This document shows positions 28,731 through 32,000 of a DNA stretch of 32,000 bases, in pieces (the stretch's first letter is position 1; each line of letters begins with the position of its first letter). Under the pieces are notes generated by a model. That model was not told the DNA's origin. It ran no database searches and saw only the letters and a list, made by a program, of their open reading frames with translations. The stretch comes from Caldivirga maquilingensis IC-167. GTDB taxonomy: Archaea > Thermoproteota > Thermoprotei > Thermoproteales > Thermocladiaceae. The stretch lies in NCBI RefSeq assembly GCF_000018305.1, contig NC_009954.1, positions 1,110,001 to 1,142,000 of the forward strand, given 5' to 3'. Position numbers and translations under genes: made by a program.

Positions 28731-29209
28731 ATGAACAATCTAGACTTATTAATTCAGGGTTTAATAGCTTGCTTAATCATAATTAGGCTTAGTAACGGTG
28801 AGGCATTAATAGATTCAACCTCATGTGTTGGTTGCTTGGTTTGCGCCAAGGTTCGCTCATATGATGCAATAAGGCTTCTTAGTAATAACGTGCATGTTAT
28901 GTTGGGGTTTGTTGCCTCATTATTAATACCTAGGGGTAAGGCCAATGTTGCTGTTATCTTTGAGTTGATTGAGGTGCTTAGGCATTATCTTTAATTAATA
29001 AGTCCACTTTACTGATCATTAATAGGAGGCTTATACTCCCGGTGCTTAAGGGTTTGTTACCTAGGCCTGAATCAATAGAGGTTGAGGTCAAGATGACTAA
29101 GGTGTATTTCATTAATGCATATGATTACGCAGTTAAGATTAGGAATCCTGTGTTTGAAAACGTGGTGATGCTGGATTGCGTTGCATGCGTTATTCAGGCT
29201 TGGGTGTGA
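28731..29209 (+). pseudogene. Decayed remnant of an iorA 3' end fused to iorB (ferredoxin-domain fragment plus two iorB fragments, with frameshift and internal deletion)
   Basis: LIACLIIIRLSNGEALIDSTSCVGCLVCAKVRSYDAIRLLSN aligns to IorA LIACPAIAPLENRKAWIDPNMCVGCSVCAQVCPYNAIKPSGN (22/42 aa and 74/126 nt by hand count; one Cys ligand lost). VHVMLGFVASLLIPRGKANVAVIFELIEVLR aligns to IorB VHLRIGNVHAPLIPRGNADIIVAFELLEAFR. In another frame (29000-29209), LIINRRLI...TKVYFINAYDYAVKIRNPVFENVVML aligns to IorB VVNKRLI...NTVYVIDAYNEALKLGNAIFENMVML. Confidence 0.75.
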
Positions 29210-29253
29210 CACAGTGGCTGTGGCCTAATAAGGGCTAATTCTTTAGTATTATT

Positions 29254-30447
29254 TTGTTGAGTGAAAACGACACAAACCATTATAAATGGGTCAGCGCCTA
29301 TACAATTATGGAGTCAGCCGGTGGTAAAGGCATTGAAGACATTAGGAACCTGTACCTTAAGCTTAACAGCATGTTTTACAAGTACAGTAATGAGGTTACT
29401 GGCATATTAATGTCAACGCTGGCTAGGGAGAATTACCTACTCATAGGGCCTCCTGGCACAGCTAAGACAACGCTGGTTTACGTATTATCAAAGCTACTTA
29501 ATGCCAGGTGGTTTTACAGGCAGTTAACCAAGTTCACTGACCTTGAGGAGATACTTGGCCCTATTGATGTTGCTAAGCTACTGGAGGGTAAGGTTGAGAG
29601 GATTTACGTTAATTCAATAGTTGAGAGTGACTTCGCTCTACTTGATGAAATATTTAATGCATCAAGCGCGATACTGAATACACTCCTCTCGCTTCTAAAC
29701 GAGAGGGTGGTTTATGACGGTGACAAGGTTATTCCAGTTAAGACTTGGACAGTATTCGGTAGCAGTAACAGGATTCCTGAGGAGGAGGAGCTTCAGGCAC
29801 TCTACGATAGGTTCCCGTTAAGAATATTCACAGAGTACGCCGCACCCGAGGACACTGAGGCGTTACTCACTAAGGGCTGGTACCTACGTAGGGAGACCGA
29901 GAACCTAAGCCCAGTGGCGACCATGGAGTTGATTCGTGATACCTATAATGAGTTAATTAGGCACCTCTACGTTAACATTAATGATGTGGCTAAGGTCACT
30001 TCACCAATAATAGCTGACTTTGTTGAGCATGTCCCCATAAGTAATAGGACTAGGATAAAGGTTCCATTATACGCGTTAGCCTACTTAATGATACAAGGCT
30101 TCCCACTCAGCCAGGTTAATGCAACGATGCTTAAGGTCGCCGTCATGAAGGTTTCCCGCTACCTGGTTCACGATAAGGAGCAGTTGAGTGAGTATGAGGC
30201 CTTCCTAACCGCCCACCTACCTGATGAATTACTTAAGGTAAGTGACCTGGTTAGTGAGGCTAAGGCATTGTTAAACAATAACATGGTTAATGAGGCGGCT
30301 CAGAAGATTAAGGAGGCTGAGGAGACTTTGAATAAGCTTAAGGCTAGGTGGGATAAGTCCCTCCTAAGCCTATACATTAGTGAAATAGAGGAGACAGAGT
30401 ACCTAATCCAGAGGTTAAGGGGTGCTATATATGGGTCAGAGCAGTGA
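29254..30447 (+). CDS. MoxR/RavA-like AAA+ ATPase
   Basis: The 397-aa product has Walker A LLIGPPGTAKTT and Walker B plus sensor region ALLDEIFNASSAILNTLLSLLNERVV, which resembles RavA [23 protein letters not shown]. The start (TTG at 29254 or a downstream ATG) is uncertain. Confidence 0.8.
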   Translation: MLSENDTNHYKWVSAYTIMESAGGKGIEDIRNLYLKLNSMFYKYSNEVTGILMSTLARENYLLIGPPGTAKTTLVYVLSKLLNARWFYRQLTKFTDLEEILGPIDVAKLLEGKVERIYVNSIVESDFALLDEIFNASSAILNTLLSLLNERVVYDGDKVIPVKTWTVFGSSNRIPEEEELQALYDRFPLRIFTEYAAPEDTEALLTKGWYLRRETENLSPVATMELIRDTYNELIRHLYVNINDVAKVTSPIIADFVEHVPISNRTRIKVPLYALAYLMIQGFPLSQVNATMLKVAVMKVSRYLVHDKEQLSEYEAFLTAHLPDELLKVSDLVSEAKALLNNNMVNEAAQKIKEAEETLNKLKARWDKSLLSLYISEIEETEYLIQRLRGAIYGSEQ

Positions 30448-31777
30448 AGAGGATTACGGTATACTACTTAACGTTGATTATGATGAGGAGTTAACCCGGT
30501 ATAGGCTTAGGGAGGTTTACCTAATGGCTAAGCGCCACATGATACCTAACCTTGATAAGTTAAGGAACTACATACTCGCCGACTCATTCTACATACACTA
30601 CAGGCAACCAATACTTAGGAGTGGTAATGATAGTAATAATTATAGGGCATTATGGAGAATGATAGTTAGCAATTACATTAATAGTGAGCAGTATGCTGAA
30701 GTCTCCAGGTTAACTAAACTAAATGGTAGGTTATCCAGGATAATGGCGGTTAAGTTACTTAGAATATACGTTAACATGCTTAATAGGATTGAAAGGAACG
30801 AGAGACTTGCCAATGCATTGAGGGATGCGTCAAATAAATCGTCGCAATCATCAAGGGAGAGTAGAAATATGCTTGATAGGGAGATTAGATCATTAATCTC
30901 ATTTTACATGGGGAACATGAAGAAGGTTAATGACACTATTAATAAGGCTCGCTCCGTTCTAGGACCGGCTATAGGCCATGAGGTTGCTGAATTAATACTG
31001 GATACGGACATAGACCCATATAGGGCTAGGTTAGTTAACATGCTTAATTCACTGCTTAAGCTAGTCACGGAGTCAAGCCGCATGTATGATGAGGGGATAC
31101 TTAATGAGATGCTTGATAAGGGGGTTATGACTGGTATTAAGAGGATGGATAAGGTTAATGAGGTTAAGGACCTAACCCCAACCAATAGGGCATTGGCTAA
31201 GTTCGCTAAACCAATATACGCCTACAAGTTAGCCACAGGGAGCTTAACGGTTAAGGAGAGGAAGATGATGAGGAAGCCTAAAATATACCTGGTTATAGAT
31301 AAGAGCGGCAGCATGTTCTACACAGTTATGAATAACATATTTGAGTACAGTAGTGTGAGTAAGATAACCTGGGCAGCCGCATTAGCCATAGTAATGGTTA
31401 TGAAGGGTCATGAAGTCGTGGCAAGGTTCTTCGACCAGCAGATATATCAATTAATGACTAATAAGAAGGACATAATAAAAACACTCCTATCCCTGGTCCC
31501 ATTAGGTGGAACAAACATAACCTCAGCCATTAGGGTAGCCTACGATGATGCTCACAGGAACCCAGCCTTAAGGAATTATAAACTAGTGCTAATAACTGAT
31601 GGTGAGGATGATGAACTTGACTTAGCGTTAATTAAGCAGGGTTTATCAGGTTTCAGTGACTATAGGATAATACTAATAGGTAATGAACACTCAGCCCTTG
31701 AAATGCTTGGACCAAAGGTAACTAAGATACATAACCTTAACGCTAGATCATTAATAAGCGTACTAAGAAAAATATAA
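30422..31777 (+). CDS. von Willebrand factor A (VWA) domain protein, ViaA/CoxE-like partner of the MoxR ATPase
   Basis: The 451-aa product has a helical N-terminal ~280 aa and a C-terminal VWA domain. The MIDAS residues are LVIDKSGSM (DxSxS), GGTNITSA and LITDGEDD. It overlaps the ATPase gene by 26 nt. Confidence 0.8.
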   Translation: MLYMGQSSEEDYGILLNVDYDEELTRYRLREVYLMAKRHMIPNLDKLRNYILADSFYIHYRQPILRSGNDSNNYRALWRMIVSNYINSEQYAEVSRLTKLNGRLSRIMAVKLLRIYVNMLNRIERNERLANALRDASNKSSQSSRESRNMLDREIRSLISFYMGNMKKVNDTINKARSVLGPAIGHEVAELILDTDIDPYRARLVNMLNSLLKLVTESSRMYDEGILNEMLDKGVMTGIKRMDKVNEVKDLTPTNRALAKFAKPIYAYKLATGSLTVKERKMMRKPKIYLVIDKSGSMFYTVMNNIFEYSSVSKITWAAALAIVMVMKGHEVVARFFDQQIYQLMTNKKDIIKTLLSLVPLGGTNITSAIRVAYDDAHRNPALRNYKLVLITDGEDDELDLALIKQGLSGFSDYRIILIGNEHSALEMLGPKVTKIHNLNARSLISVLRKI

Positions 31778-31862
31778 TCAAGGGGCTTTCCCTAATTACT
31801 ATTCGTAATCAGTTAATTCACGTGTTTTAAAAAGCGAGTCATTCATTCACCATAGTCTCCAT

Positions 31863-32000
31863 TCACAGAACCGATAATTCCCTTAATAACTCAGCAATCC
31901 TCTCCACACCTTCACGAAGCCTATCAGTTGACTCCCTGGTGAAGTTAATCCTAATGTGTAACGCACCCCCATCACCGAACGCGGAGCCTGGTACAACACC
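31863..32000 (-). CDS. Aminotransferase (class I/II-like), C-terminal fragment entering from the right edge
   Basis: The minus-strand translation is GVVPGSAFGDGGALHIRINFTRESTDRLREGVERIAELLRELSVL*, with the stop at 31865-31863. The PGSAFG...iRi pattern is typical of aminotransferase C-termini. Confidence 0.6.
   Translation of the reverse strand, partial: GVVPGSAFGDGGALHIRINFTRESTDRLREGVERIAELLRELSVL

Overview
This window looks like an archaeal chromosome segment, probably from a thermophilic crenarchaeon. That taxon call is an inference from gene content: two-subunit 2-oxoacid:ferredoxin oxidoreductase, Mre11-Rad50, Cgi121, C/D box sRNAs and TATA boxes placed for leaderless transcripts. No database search was possible, so every family call rests on motifs I could read in the translations.

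Positions ~8.8-32 kb are ordinary core genes. They comprise a DUF62 SAM hydroxide adenosyltransferase, Ogt, a MoaD/SAMP-like protein ending in GG, Cgi121-like, OFOR alpha/beta and a UPF0173 hydrolase. Further genes are threonine synthase, a CDGSH protein, an SSS symporter with its small subunit, SufB, TatA, Mre11-Rad50, IorAB and an MFS transporter. A RavA/MoxR-like ATPase plus VWA protein pair and the 3' end of an aminotransferase complete the set. I also recognise two C/D box sRNAs and a decayed iorA/iorB paralog remnant.

The left ~8.7 kb is accessory. Its centrepiece is a translationally coupled two-gene cassette (687-5821). The first gene encodes a 1231-aa single-chain enzyme with an MmeI-like PD-ExK nuclease motif, a gamma-class N6-adenine methyltransferase, a TaqI-like specificity domain and an extra beta-rich tail. 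The second encodes a 480-aa BrxL-family AAA+ ATPase that lacks the Lon-protease-like C-terminal domain. No PglZ, BrxA, BrxB or BrxC gene is present. The pair is bracketed by a perfect 118-bp direct repeat (318-435 and 6030-6147), and no integrase or transposase lies between the repeats. I consider this a candidate minimal system bridging type IIL restriction-modification and BREX, and it is the best candidate for a novel system here. Around it are a decayed and an intact copy of a small zinc-ribbon gene, a densely base-paired ~95-nt element at the left edge, about 630 bp of gene debris, and an AT-rich block of small membrane and glycoprotein-like ORFs.
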